Assembly (NCBI GenBank): GCA_965216875.1
Contig: OZ244207.1
Location: 1,440,001-1,504,000 of the forward strand
Origin: Rubripirellula sp.
Lineage (GTDB): Bacteria; Planctomycetota; Planctomycetia; Pirellulales; Pirellulaceae
Direction: 5' to 3'
Length of the DNA stretch: 64,000 bases
The notes under the pieces were generated by a model. It had not been told where the DNA came from. It searched no databases and was given only the letters and a program-made list of their open reading frames with translations. Positions 1-10,556 of the stretch are shown piece after piece. Numbering within the stretch: position 1 is the stretch's first letter; each line of letters opens with the position of its first letter. The translations under genes and the position numbers were made by a program.

Positions 1-1
1 T

Positions 2-898
2 TGGACATCACAGGGACGTCCGCAGAAGGACACGATCGCGACTGTCAACGGCGGCTACCATGGCGACACGATGGGAGTGATCGCCCTGTGTGATCCCGGC
101 AATGGGATGCACAAAGCGTTCAATTTTCGACCGTTTCCAACGCTCTTTTGCGGCCTTCCGCCAGCGGAATCGGTAAGCGTTCAAGATGCCATCGATCGAC
201 TCGAAGCTGCACTGAAGCGTTCCGCGGATTCGATCGCAGCCTTTGTCATTGAGCCCATCGTTCAAAATGCGGGCGGTCTGCATTTCTACAGCCCCGCGTA
301 TTTGAAAGCAGCCCGGCAGTTGTGCGACGAGTACGAGGTGTTGTTGATTACCGATGAGATCGCAACCGGTTTTGGACGTACCGGCAAAATGTTCGCCTGT
401 GAACACGCCGGCGTCGCGCCCGATATTCAATGCGTTGGCAAAGCGCTCAGCGGCGGCATGGTCTCGTTGGCGGCGACGATGACCACACGCAAGATTGCGG
501 AAGGGATTTCGGGAACGGACAACAGACCGTTTATGCACGGCCCCACTTACATGGGCAATCCGCTCGCCTGTGCGATCGCTGCCGAGAACATCGCGTTGCT
601 GCGGTCGTATAACTGGCACGCGACCATTCAGGATTTGCAAAGTTGGCTCCGCATCGGACTGGAACCATGCCGCGCTTTGTCGCAGGTCGCGGATGTGCGT
701 GTCCTTGGTGCAATCGGTGTCGTACAAACAGTGGATCCAGTGGACACGGCGGTTTTGCAATCTCGTTTTGTGGATGCAGGCGTTTGGGTGCGACCGTTTC
801 GTGATTTGATCTACATCACTCCGCCGTACATTTCGACTCAGGCCGACATCGAATTGTTGACCGCGGCGATCGGTGACGTTGTGGCCAACGATCTTTGA
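2..898 (+). CDS. bioA: Adenosylmethionine-8-amino-7-oxononanoate aminotransferase (5'-truncated by window edge)
   Basis: Frame is open from base 2 (..GGYHGDTMG..). Class III PLP motifs EPIVQNAGG, LLITDEIATGFGRTG, GKALSGG, FMHGPTYMGNPLAC and C-terminal WVRPFRDLIYITPP are typical of BioA. Confidence 0.92.
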   Translation, partial: WTSQGRPQKDTIATVNGGYHGDTMGVIALCDPGNGMHKAFNFRPFPTLFCGLPPAESVSVQDAIDRLEAALKRSADSIAAFVIEPIVQNAGGLHFYSPAYLKAARQLCDEYEVLLITDEIATGFGRTGKMFACEHAGVAPDIQCVGKALSGGMVSLAATMTTRKIAEGISGTDNRPFMHGPTYMGNPLACAIAAENIALLRSYNWHATIQDLQSWLRIGLEPCRALSQVADVRVLGAIGVVQTVDPVDTAVLQSRFVDAGVWVRPFRDLIYITPPYISTQADIELLTAAIGDVVANDL

Positions 899-933
899 TC
901 GTCAGACGGAGACGCTTTTGGGGGAAGCGAACC

Positions 934-2259
934 ATGGACCAGCCAGCGTACAAACTTCCCAGTGGCCCCAAGGGGAAATGGCGGACAACGCTCAAGTTGA
1001 TTCGCAGCCCACGTGATGCGTTCGCCGAGTGGACCGACAAGTATGGCGACCCGTTTTACTTTCATGCCTTGAACGGGCCGGTCGTCGTCACGGGCCGCGC
1101 CGAGTTGATTCGTGAGATCTTTGCTCACGACCCAATGGAATTTGACGCCTTTGCACAGGAGGCCCTGCGGCCGATGCTCGGTGCGGGGTCGATGTTGATG
1201 CTCTCGGGCGAAACGCATCGACGCGAACGCAAATTGATCATGCCAATGTTCCACGGCGATCGGATGCGCGCCTACGCCGAGATCATTCGTGATGCGACGA
1301 GGCAATGTTTGGCGTACCAGCCGAGCGGGCAAACGTTCGAGATGCTCGACGTGACCACTCAGATTTCGCTGCGAGTGATCGTCCAAGCGATCTTCGGCGG
1401 AGAAAACCGAGCGACGGTTGAGCGGTTGCTTGACCTGGCGAGAAACGTTGTGCGTTACAGTGCGCCGATTCTCTTCTTTTCTCCAAAGCTCCACCGCAGC
1501 TTTTTGGGAATCAGCCCTTGGGACAAGTTCGTCCGGGCTCAGTCAAACTTGAGAGACGCGATCGAAGAAGAGATCGCACGTCGCAAAGCGGATCCGGCTG
1601 ATCGCGAGGACATCCTGACCCTCCTGCTCGACGCTCGCTATGAAGATGGAACGGGGATCGATCCCGAGCATGCCTTTGACGAACTTGGGACCTTTCTGTT
1701 TGCGGGGCACGAGACGTCGGCCCTGGCGATGGCATGGGCCGTTTATCACCTACTGCGAAACCCGGACAAGCTTGAAGCACTCTGTCAGGAGCTTGATGCG
1801 GCGGGGGATGTTTCAGCAGAGGAGATGGCAAAGTTGCCGTACTTGAAGGCGGTGGTTCAAGAGACGCTGCGGTTGCATCCCATTGTGACCGAAGTGTTGC
1901 GGCTCCTGAAATCGCCGATGAAGCTTGGTGAATACTATTTGCCGGCCGGTGTCGCGGTTGCTCCGGCTGCCGTCATGGCACACTACAACGAAGACAATTT
2001 TGAATCGGCCGAAACCTTCCGCCCCGAGCGTTTCCTTGGCCAGTCCTACACGCCCGCCCAGTACATGCCATTTGGTGGCGGGCATCGCAGATGCGCCGGG
2101 GCAGCGTTCGCTTCTTATGAGATTGCGATTGCACTCGGGACCATGTTCCAAGACTACAGGTTTGAGTTAAGGGAGCCCAAGCCCGTTGTGCCCAAACGAG
2201 GCAACATCACGATGGGCCCCTCGACGGGAATTCGCGTCAGTGGTGTGCGACGCGACTAG
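934..2259 (+). CDS. Cytochrome P450
   Basis: I-helix AGHETS, ExxR motif (ETLR), PERF and heme-ligand motif FGGGHRRCAG; ATG at 934. Confidence 0.95.
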   Translation: MDQPAYKLPSGPKGKWRTTLKLIRSPRDAFAEWTDKYGDPFYFHALNGPVVVTGRAELIREIFAHDPMEFDAFAQEALRPMLGAGSMLMLSGETHRRERKLIMPMFHGDRMRAYAEIIRDATRQCLAYQPSGQTFEMLDVTTQISLRVIVQAIFGGENRATVERLLDLARNVVRYSAPILFFSPKLHRSFLGISPWDKFVRAQSNLRDAIEEEIARRKADPADREDILTLLLDARYEDGTGIDPEHAFDELGTFLFAGHETSALAMAWAVYHLLRNPDKLEALCQELDAAGDVSAEEMAKLPYLKAVVQETLRLHPIVTEVLRLLKSPMKLGEYYLPAGVAVAPAAVMAHYNEDNFESAETFRPERFLGQSYTPAQYMPFGGGHRRCAGAAFASYEIAIALGTMFQDYRFELREPKPVVPKRGNITMGPSTGIRVSGVRRD

Positions 2260-2372
2260 TTCTCGACGCCAAGCAAGTTGAAAAGTTTTTTTAGACTTCT
2301 CCCGACCCAACCACCGGCCTGGGGCGTATTGCCTCCTACATCTTATCTTTTCTTTTAGACGATGGCGGTTTA

Positions 2373-2582
2373 GTGATGGCTAAACGGGTCCTTGTTCTTT
2401 CATCTGTTTCGATTGGCGTCGTTGTACTCTTCTTCATCGTCGCCGCCTTTGTGGAACGTCGTTCCGATCGTGTCGAGCCGAATCGTCGGCCGACGCCTTC
2501 TCAACTCGTCGAATACACCCGCTCACTGAACGACCTGGAGGGCTCGCCGCGATCCGGCGAACTCAACAGACCGGCAGGCTAA
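2373..2582 (+). CDS. Small single-pass membrane protein upstream of a DUF1559 gene
   Basis: 69 aa with an N-terminal hydrophobic segment (VLVLSSVSIGVVVLFFIVAAFV) and a short polar tail. Confidence 0.55.
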   Translation: MMAKRVLVLSSVSIGVVVLFFIVAAFVERRSDRVEPNRRPTPSQLVEYTRSLNDLEGSPRSGELNRPAG

Positions 2583-2673
2583 TTCAGGGTAACAAGTGGG
2601 GGGATCGTCGGCTCGCGCGCCATTCGGAACGCTGCGAGCTGATGATCGGTTGCTACCAGCAGGGAGAAGTTGG

Positions 2674-3912
2674 ATGAATCGTGGTCTTCGAAAATATGGT
2701 TTGGCTTGGGTCGAAGCCGTGTTTGTGGTTGGCATTGTGGGAATCGGATTGGCATTCCTACTTCCCGGGTTACAAGCGGGGCGCGAAGCGGCTCGGCGGA
2801 GGGCGTGCAGCAATAACTTCAAGAACATCGGACTCGCGATCCATGACTATCATTCGACGCACAAGATGATGCCAATGCATGGCACGGGGCCAGCGAACGA
2901 ATTGAATGATGATTGTTGTGGAAGTGCCATTCGTCCTGGGCACGGGATGATTGCGGTTGCATCAGCACGACACCAGTTGAGTTTCCTAGTTGGGATACTG
3001 CCGTTTGCAAACCAACAGGAACTTTGGAACAAGATCTCGATTGGACACACCGACAAGCGAGGCGCGCGTTGGCCGGCGTTTGGGCCAGCACCCTACACTG
3101 CGATTTACGACCCCTGGAATTCTGAAATCCCACTGTACCGTTGCCCAAGCGACCCCGGCGAAGGTTGGCCAGCCCTTGGACGCACGAACTACGCTGCTTG
3201 TGTTGGCGACAGTGCGTTTCGAACGGACGATGAAAGCTGGTCCTACTTCAAAGGATCGTCCTGGAGGTATGGCGGCAGCAACGCGTTTCGTGCTCGGCAA
3301 GTCAAAGCGTCGGTGCGTGGTGCATTCGTGCCACGACGGGTGATGAAGTTCCGGGATGTGTTGGACGGTCTTGCCAATACGATAATGGCCGGCGAAATCG
3401 CGACGGACCTCGGTGATCGTGACTTCCGAACGGTTGGCTCTCAAGGCAATGGACGCAATAACGTCTTGGAGAATCCAAAGTTCTGCGCCGACTCCGAACA
3501 GATCGACGAAGAGAAGCCAACGTTTTGGGCAAGTGGAGAGAACGATCGCGCGCCGAACTTGACCGTCGACGCGACCTCACGTGGTGCACGGTGGGCCGAC
3601 TTTCGCCCGCTCTACACGCAGGTCAACACCATCCTGCCGCCAAACGCTGAAGTTTGTTTGCAAGGTTCGCATCGGCAAGATGGGATTGTGCCGCCAAGTA
3701 GTCGACACCCAGGCGGTGCGCATATCCTGATGGGTGACGGGGCCGTGATTTTCATTACCGACTCGATCGAAGCGGGGGATCAACGGGCTCCGGTCGTCTA
3801 CTATCGCAACAGCCAGAATCTTTGTTGCGTCGGCGAGGTGAGTCCGTATGGACTTTGGGGGGCACTCGGAACGCGGGCGTCAAAAGAGGTGCTTGAAGAA
3901 GAGCTTTACTGA
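2674..3912 (+). CDS. DUF1559 family prepilin-like protein with H-X9-DG domain
   Basis: LLPGLQAGREAARRRACSNNFK, RCPSDP, RDVLDGLANTIMAGE, SRHPGGAHILMGDGAV. ATG at 2674 chosen as start. Confidence 0.92.
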   Translation: MNRGLRKYGLAWVEAVFVVGIVGIGLAFLLPGLQAGREAARRRACSNNFKNIGLAIHDYHSTHKMMPMHGTGPANELNDDCCGSAIRPGHGMIAVASARHQLSFLVGILPFANQQELWNKISIGHTDKRGARWPAFGPAPYTAIYDPWNSEIPLYRCPSDPGEGWPALGRTNYAACVGDSAFRTDDESWSYFKGSSWRYGGSNAFRARQVKASVRGAFVPRRVMKFRDVLDGLANTIMAGEIATDLGDRDFRTVGSQGNGRNNVLENPKFCADSEQIDEEKPTFWASGENDRAPNLTVDATSRGARWADFRPLYTQVNTILPPNAEVCLQGSHRQDGIVPPSSRHPGGAHILMGDGAVIFITDSIEAGDQRAPVVYYRNSQNLCCVGEVSPYGLWGALGTRASKEVLEEELY

Positions 3913-4127
3913 CGACACTCTCCCGCTCACGGTCGTGAGCAACGTAAGGTGGCATTGGTCGCATCATTCTAGGAGCGGTCAGGGGGAAACATTGAAGCGT
4001 TAGCTTAGGTGAGTGATGTGACGGAGTCCTGGATACTCGCGTCGTCAGGCCCTTCGGCAGCGGGCGAGTAACCAAGCTATAATCGCCGCTCCTACCGCTC
4101 CTTTCCTACCCCCTACGGACAACAAGC

Positions 4128-5693
4128 ATGCGCCGAGCCACCACGGGACGCTTTTTCGGTTTCTCAATCCTTCTTTTGAGTCTTCTCTGCGCCAATGCCA
4201 GCGCCGCAGACGCGCCAAACATGATCTTTATCCTCGCTGATGATCAGGGGTTTGGGGATGTGTCGGCTTTGAACCCAGAGTCGAAGATTCCGACGCCCAA
4301 CATTGATCGCATCGCCAAGGAGGGAATGATCTTTGAGGACGGGCATTCGTCATCAGCGGTGTGCACACCGACGCGTTACAGCGTTTTGACAGGACGCTAT
4401 CATTGGCGCACCCATTTGCAAAAAGGTGTCTTGGGGGGCTTTTCCAAGCCGTTGATTTCGCAGGGACGCATGACGATCGCGTCGATGCTGAAAGACAAGG
4501 GCTACCGCACAGGATGCATCGGCAAATGGCATTTGGGTTGGAACTGGCCTCTCAAGGATGGTGGCACAGCCGACGACAAGGGCAACTTTTCGGGCGGTTT
4601 CAAGAAGGGTTGGGACGTCGACTACACCGGCGAGATTGTTGATGGGCCCAACGACGTCGGCTTTGACTACTTTTTTGGGATCAGTGCATCGCTCGATATG
4701 CCACCCTATGTCTTCGTTCGCAACCGCGTGCCTACCGAACCTGCAACGGTCGAGAAAGCATTTCATCGCAAAGGCCCTGCTGGCAAGAACTTCGAAGCCG
4801 TCGATGTCCTGCCAACCATCACCGAAGAAGCGGTGAAGTTCATCAATCAGTCGGCCAACAAAGAAAAGCCCTTCTATCTTTACTTTCCCTTGAACGCGCC
4901 GCATACGCCCATTGTTCCTGCAGGTGAGTGGCAAGGAAAAAGCGGAATCAACAAGTACGCAGACTTCACGATGCAAGTCGATTGGACGGTCGGTCAAGTC
5001 CTGAGGGCTCTCGACGAAAACCGAATTGCTGACAACACCATCGTCTTGTTCACGACGGATAACGGTTGTTCACCACAAGCGAAGATTCCCGAGCTTGAAG
5101 CGGCCGGGCACGACCACAACTACATCTATCGCGGACACAAGGCGGACATCTACGAAGGCGGCCATCGGGTTCCGTTCGTGTTGCGTTGGCCGAACGGAGT
5201 TGCCGCAGGTTCACGGACCAAGCAAATGGTTGGCCAGTGGGACTTTGTGGCCACGGCGGCTGAGATTGTCGGTGCGGAGATTCCTGAGGATGCCGCCGAA
5301 GACAGCGTGTCGTTCTTGCCCGTGATGAAGGGATCGACCGAGCCGATCCGAAACTCAATTGTGTCGCAGTCGATTGGTGGACAATTTGCGATTCGCGATG
5401 GCAATTGGAAGCTTTGCCTTTGCCCGGGATCGGGTGGCTGGAGCGCGCCACGGCCCGGCCGAGTCGATATGAGCAAGAACCCACCGATGCAGTTGTTTGA
5501 CCTCGAAGCCGATCCCGGTGAGACAATCAATTTGGCACCCGATCAGCCCGAACGCGTCGAGAAGATGTCCGCAATGCTTCGCTCGGTGATCGATCGCGGT
5601 CGCTCGACCGATGGACCTGGACTTAAGAACGACGTGGACATCGTGATGGTCAAGCCGATCCCTAAGCCAAGGGTAAGAAACAACAAGAAGTAG
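4128..5693 (+). CDS. Arylsulfatase (formylglycine type), secreted
   Basis: Signal peptide, PNMIFILADD, CTPTR (CxPxR), GKWHLG, TDNG. Confidence 0.95.
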   Translation: MRRATTGRFFGFSILLLSLLCANASAADAPNMIFILADDQGFGDVSALNPESKIPTPNIDRIAKEGMIFEDGHSSSAVCTPTRYSVLTGRYHWRTHLQKGVLGGFSKPLISQGRMTIASMLKDKGYRTGCIGKWHLGWNWPLKDGGTADDKGNFSGGFKKGWDVDYTGEIVDGPNDVGFDYFFGISASLDMPPYVFVRNRVPTEPATVEKAFHRKGPAGKNFEAVDVLPTITEEAVKFINQSANKEKPFYLYFPLNAPHTPIVPAGEWQGKSGINKYADFTMQVDWTVGQVLRALDENRIADNTIVLFTTDNGCSPQAKIPELEAAGHDHNYIYRGHKADIYEGGHRVPFVLRWPNGVAAGSRTKQMVGQWDFVATAAEIVGAEIPEDAAEDSVSFLPVMKGSTEPIRNSIVSQSIGGQFAIRDGNWKLCLCPGSGGWSAPRPGRVDMSKNPPMQLFDLEADPGETINLAPDQPERVEKMSAMLRSVIDRGRSTDGPGLKNDVDIVMVKPIPKPRVRNNKK

Positions 5694-5781
5694 GCAGCCG
5701 AGTGTTCAACCGACCCGTTGGCGTTGTAAGTTGTGCGTCCTGAAGACACTCAACTTGACCCTTCTGCCCAGCGGCAACGTG

Positions 5782-6963
5782 ATGAATCACCCTGCTTCGA
5801 CTCTTGCCTCACGCGTTGATTCTCTCGAACCCGAGGGGGCGTACCGAGTGCTTGCCAAGGCGCAGGAGCTCGAGCGGCAAGGCAAGAGCATCATCCATTT
5901 GGAAATCGGCGAGCCCGATTTCCAGACCGACCCTGCCATTTGCGACGCCGGCATTGCCGCGATATCGGGCGGGCAAACACGTTACAACCCGACGGCTGGG
6001 ATCCCATCGTTGCGGCAGGCGATCGCTGATGACTTGCGCGATCGTCGAGGCGTCAACGTTTCGGTCGAGAACGTTGTGGTCGGGCCGGGCGCTAAACCAC
6101 ACCTGTTTTTTCCAACTCTCGCGATCGTTTCGCCTGGCAATGAGGTTCTGTATCCCGATCCTGGGTTTCCAACCTATGAGGCGATGATTCGAGTCGCCGG
6201 TGGCACGCCGGTTCCGGTCCCGCTGAGTGAAGAGGCTGGGTTTTCGTTCGATCTGCAAGAGCTAGAACGGCTCGTTTCGCCACGCACTCGGATGATCATT
6301 ATCAACTCGCCAAGCAACCCAACCGGCGGCGTGATGCCGATCGAGGACCTCGAGCGTGTTGCTGAGTTAGCCAAGCGGAATGATTGCTGGGTGTTGTCGG
6401 ACGAAATCTATCAGCGGATGTGCTACGACGATGCGGTCGCGCCTAGCATCGCTGCGATTGACGGAATGCTCGAGCGAACCATCTTGGTCGATGGGTTTTC
6501 CAAGACCTACGCGATGACGGGATGGCGGCTTGGATATGGCGTGATGCCGACGGTTTTGGCCGAGAAAGTGAGTCTGTTGCTCGTGCACGCGATTGGTTGC
6601 ACAGCCCACTTCACCCAGATCGCGGGCGAAGCGGCATTGGTTGCCTCACAAAGCCACGTCGATGCGACATTTGCCGAGTACAAGTCGCGGCGTGACGTGC
6701 TGGTCGCCGGTCTGAACTCGATCGACGGTGTCGAATGTCAGACGCCAGTTGGGGCGTTCTACGTGTTTCCAAACGTCAAGGCATTTGGGATCACCAGCGA
6801 TGAACTTGCAGAACGGATTCTGCAAGAAGCGGGAGTCGCATTGTTGCCTGGCACCGCGTTTGGAAGTGGCGGTGAAGGCTATCTGCGTCTTTGCTATGCC
6901 AATTCGTTGGCCAACATCGAATCCGCGATTGAAAGATTGCGTGTCTTCTTTAAGCAGCTCTAG
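5782..6963 (+). CDS. Class I/II PLP-dependent (aspartate-type) aminotransferase
   Basis: IGEPDF, NSPSNPTGG, SDEIY, GFSKTYAMTGWRLGY. Confidence 0.93.
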   Translation: MNHPASTLASRVDSLEPEGAYRVLAKAQELERQGKSIIHLEIGEPDFQTDPAICDAGIAAISGGQTRYNPTAGIPSLRQAIADDLRDRRGVNVSVENVVVGPGAKPHLFFPTLAIVSPGNEVLYPDPGFPTYEAMIRVAGGTPVPVPLSEEAGFSFDLQELERLVSPRTRMIIINSPSNPTGGVMPIEDLERVAELAKRNDCWVLSDEIYQRMCYDDAVAPSIAAIDGMLERTILVDGFSKTYAMTGWRLGYGVMPTVLAEKVSLLLVHAIGCTAHFTQIAGEAALVASQSHVDATFAEYKSRRDVLVAGLNSIDGVECQTPVGAFYVFPNVKAFGITSDELAERILQEAGVALLPGTAFGSGGEGYLRLCYANSLANIESAIERLRVFFKQL

Positions 6964-6999
6964 TGGCAGCAGGAAACGCGGGCGGAGTCGACGTTAGAC

Positions 7000-9195
7000 T
7001 TACTTGGCACGAACGTAGATCTGTAACTTCTTTGTGGTGTAGTTCTTCGCGTTGCCGGAAAACGTCCAGTCGCGGTTGCTTCCCGAACTGTTACCGATTC
7101 CGATGTCTGCGTTGCCTTCGGCGGACCAGTGGTTGATCGCAAGAACCGTTTCTTTGGCACCATGATTGTGAATCTGCATGCATCCGTACCCGTCGACTGG
7201 ATCGGAGGGCTGGTCGCCGAAATCGTAAGCGCCCGAGGAAGCGCCAGGGATCTTGGCACCGTTTTGTTGGCCGTAATTGTTGGGCCAAAACTCAATGTTG
7301 CCAGTTGAAATCGAGTTGCCTTCGGTCACAGCCGCAGTGTTGCTTAGCACATCAAGGTTATTGACCTTGGTCCGAAAGTGAGCCTGACTGGCGGCAACGG
7401 GGATTCCGATCTTCTTGATGTCGTCGGTAAACGCATCCATCGAAACGAAGACTCGCTGATCACCTCGATCCGCCGATTCAAGGTGCAGTAGATACCCGAC
7501 CCGATCAAAACGGTCGACGTTGGCGCTCTTGTTGACGTCGTACTTGATCTTGCTGCCGAGATTGGCCAAGTCAAGTTCATAGACGAGTTGATAGTCACGG
7601 TCGACATCGATCAGGCTTAGGAAGTCGGGTTCGTTGCCACCGCGACAGGCTCCAACGGGTAGGCCCGTGCCGCCGGTCAAGTTCGGCTCAGCTAGTTTGT
7701 GCCAAGCGAAGCGAAAACCACTCGGCTCGGTCGCTTGGTCCGAATGCAAGACAACGCTGTCGCCGTCGATTTTGGCCTCGGCTTTGACAAAACCTCGCGA
7801 ACCCTTGCCAATCACTTCAAAGTGAGTTGGTGGTTTGCCATCGCGGGTCTTTAGTCCGCCTGCGGTTTTGGCAAAGGTGACGCGCAATTGGTTACCACTT
7901 GGTTCAACCGATTTGACCGTGGGGTATTCGGCGACCACGTCGTCGCGTCCGTAGTCCCGTTTGAGTGCCCAAAGGGCAAGGCGGTTACCGACGTCTTGTT
8001 TGTTTGGCGGGTGAATATCGTTAAGCGTTGCGATGTCGTTGATCACGACCATCGCCGTGTTGGGAACCTGTTCGACGGCTGCTTGTGCTTCCCAGAAACG
8101 CGCCAGGACAGTGGGGTCTTCGTTGCCGTATTGGTACGGCGCGATTTGTACGTAGTAGAAAGGAAAGTCACCCTGTCCCCAGAGCTTGCGCCATCCGCCG
8201 ATCAGGGCTTTCTTCTTTTCGAAGTAGAGCATTCCTTCGCCATGGTTGGACTCGCCTTGGTACCAAATGGCACCTCGGATCGGGAAGCCAACGATTGCGT
8301 GCAGCATGCCGTTGTACAACATCGTCGGGTCTTGATGGCTTTTGTAGGGCTGCATGGAACTTGGGAACGTCGGGCTTGCTGCGACGGTCGTTGAGTTCTC
8401 TAACGAGGTTCGTGCCTTTTCCAACCACGCCGACGTCGCGTTGATGTGGTCGCCGAGGCTTTTGCGATAAGCGTCTGTACCAGGCGTTCGCCCCAAGATC
8501 GAAGAGTGGATGCTTGAAAGCGCTTCGACCGATTGGAAGCCAATCGGTGGCGTCCACGGTTCAACTCGCGTCCCGCCCCAAGATGCGTTCACGAGTCCGA
8601 TGGGAACGCCCAGGTCTTTTTGCAACCGCCGAGCCATGAAGTATCCGACGGCCGTGAAGTTGGCGACGGTGTCGGGCGAGCAAACTTGCCACTCCGCTTC
8701 AAACTCGTTCAGTGGAACGGTCGACGGACGCCGTGGAACTTTGATGTGGCGGATCAGTGGTTGGTCACCATCGGCGATTTCTGCTTTGGCGTTGCTGCTG
8801 CTGCGAACCGACCATTCCATGTTCGATTGTCCCGAACACAGCCAAACTTCACCGATCAGGACATCGTTGATTTTGACGGTGCTGTTACCGGCGATGACAA
8901 GCTCGTGAGACTTGTCACTCGCATCCAATGCGGGTAGCTCGACGCGCCATTTTCCGTCCTCGTCAGTGGTCGTTGTGGCCGAAGCTTGTCCAAGCGTGAC
9001 CTGGACATGTTCCTGTGCGTCGGCCCAACCCCAGATGACAATGGGCTTCTTCTGTTGAAGCACCATGTGGTCGCCAAAAACGGACGCAACACGGACGTCG
9101 GCGTGAGCGACGGAGGTGATGCCGAATGTAGCCAGGAGAGTCAGCAGAAGGTGGACGGCGCTACGCTTGCGCAGTGTTAGACAGAGACGAGCCAT
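7000..9195 (-). CDS. Sialate O-acetylesterase family (SGNH) protein with extra C-terminal domain
   Basis: [35 protein letters not shown]; signal peptide. Confidence 0.92.
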   Translation of the reverse strand: MARLCLTLRKRSAVHLLLTLLATFGITSVAHADVRVASVFGDHMVLQQKKPIVIWGWADAQEHVQVTLGQASATTTTDEDGKWRVELPALDASDKSHELVIAGNSTVKINDVLIGEVWLCSGQSNMEWSVRSSSNAKAEIADGDQPLIRHIKVPRRPSTVPLNEFEAEWQVCSPDTVANFTAVGYFMARRLQKDLGVPIGLVNASWGGTRVEPWTPPIGFQSVEALSSIHSSILGRTPGTDAYRKSLGDHINATSAWLEKARTSLENSTTVAASPTFPSSMQPYKSHQDPTMLYNGMLHAIVGFPIRGAIWYQGESNHGEGMLYFEKKKALIGGWRKLWGQGDFPFYYVQIAPYQYGNEDPTVLARFWEAQAAVEQVPNTAMVVINDIATLNDIHPPNKQDVGNRLALWALKRDYGRDDVVAEYPTVKSVEPSGNQLRVTFAKTAGGLKTRDGKPPTHFEVIGKGSRGFVKAEAKIDGDSVVLHSDQATEPSGFRFAWHKLAEPNLTGGTGLPVGACRGGNEPDFLSLIDVDRDYQLVYELDLANLGSKIKYDVNKSANVDRFDRVGYLLHLESADRGDQRVFVSMDAFTDDIKKIGIPVAASQAHFRTKVNNLDVLSNTAAVTEGNSISTGNIEFWPNNYGQQNGAKIPGASSGAYDFGDQPSDPVDGYGCMQIHNHGAKETVLAINHWSAEGNADIGIGNSSGSNRDWTFSGNAKNYTTKKLQIYVRAK

Positions 9196-9515
9196 GTTGG
9201 GGCGCTCCGGTAAGCAAGAGAGAAAGGGAGTTGCAGGCGGGTGTATCTAGGGGAAGGAGGATTATTCTAGCTACCCATTCGCCGCGTTGGTGCGCTCGCG
9301 GAGTTGGCGATCAATAAGAAGCCAATCTAAAGACAATGAATCTAAAATGGTTTTGGCGAAGAGGACCGTGACCGTAGATAAGATTTTATGTCTGTGTCGA
9401 AAGCCATAGCGAATCCTTTTGACTTCCGATTCCGAATCGCCCTAAGGGCGTATGCGCATCGCCAGCGCTGATGACCTTGGTTTGGTCTTTTTACTAGTCA
9501 GGGGGTCCAAGCTTC

Positions 9516-9544
9516 TTGACAGGGGGAAGTAGCGGCGCTATTCT
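9516..9544 (+). promoter_or_regulatory. Sigma70-type promoter
   Basis: TTGACA (9516-9521), 17-nt spacer, TATTCT (9539-9544). Confidence 0.75.
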
Positions 9545-9550
9545 AGTTAC

Positions 9551-9656
9551 ATGCTGACACGGAAGAGATTCCTGTGATCAGTACTGCAAATCACATGCGG
9601 GCAAAATGGAATGTGATCGGCAAATTGGGCACGCATAATAACGCGTGCCTTTTTTT
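9551..9656 (+). ncRNA. Candidate ~105-nt structured sRNA or leader (unassigned family)
   Basis: Lies between the promoter and an intrinsic terminator; contains a GAGA-tetraloop hairpin and a second hairpin; no long ORF. Confidence 0.5.
9628..9656 (+). terminator. Intrinsic terminator
   Basis: GGCACGC-ataataac-GCGTGCC followed by 7 T. Confidence 0.8.
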
Positions 9657-9696
9657 ATGATGCCGACTGTTCCTGATGAATCTAATCGACTCATCA

Positions 9697-9789
9697 ATAA
9701 ACAAAATTGCCACGCCATCGGGACGAGAATTCCATTGGGGCACTATGGAGTCCGACTCATCCTTGATGGCGTGGCTTTTTTTGTTTTAT
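9697..9789. terminator. Long imperfect inverted repeat, possible bidirectional terminator
   Basis: GCCACGCCATC (9709-9719) pairs with GATGGCGTGGC (9765-9775), with inner stems; A-rich left flank and T-rich right flank. Confidence 0.55.
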
Positions 9790-10556
9790 CTCTCTGCCAT
9801 TCACACTCACCAAATGTTGGTTAGTCGTTTCGGCTCGTTCTTGCCACAGTCGTTGTCCTCTTTCTTTTCATGAAAGCTGGCAAGCCTGTTCTTCGAAGAA
9901 CTCACTCAACCTTAAGTGGACAACTAAGCTGCCGGTGCGCCACGACTTTCGCGTCAGTGGTTTTGTGGAGGGTGAACCCTGTTCACCACGCGTCACCACA
10001 GCGGAAAACACGAGGTTTTCTGTCGCGTCACAATGTGATGATAGCGACTAAAAAGATCGGATTCAATCCTTAGGTCATTTAGGAAAATCTCGCTGGTTTG
10101 CTGGTGGGGGTCGGCCAGTGCCACCCGTTTCAGCTATTTCGTTTTGGTACTAGCTAGTGGTAGGGGGCTCTGCTTTCCGCTGTTGGCGCAATGAGGCGAA
10201 CGCTCCTCAATCTGGGGAGCCGTTTGGGAGCGCGGCGCAAGAGTCGTCTGACCCTCAGAAAAAACTTTGTCGCGGACTCGCTCACCAAAGTGTCCAGCCC
10301 GATGCACCGATGGGAGCCAGCCCCGTTCGGCTTGCCCGATCCGTCTTGGCAATCTGAAGAAGCGGGCACGAGTCCTGGCAGCTCGCATCTGAAAAGGGGC
10401 CATCAACGAATCGAACGCTCCGGACTGGGATGCGCACCTTCGCAATTTGCCAGTCATTTTCCCGGCATCGCGTCGCCTCCTCAGATTTGCCCTCGTCACG
10501 TAAGCTGTGGTTCGATCGAGGCGGGTCGGTGCACAAAATAAGAGGAAAGTAGTTCG

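Noticed and set aside
9598..9630. c-di-GMP-I riboswitch suggested by GGCAAA...GCAAA
   Set aside because: Lacks the GNRA-capped P2 stem between the motifs and the P3 receptor.
9673..9700. Hammerhead ribozyme suggested by CTGATGA (also near 9468)
   Set aside because: No stem II followed by GAAA and no compatible stems I and III.
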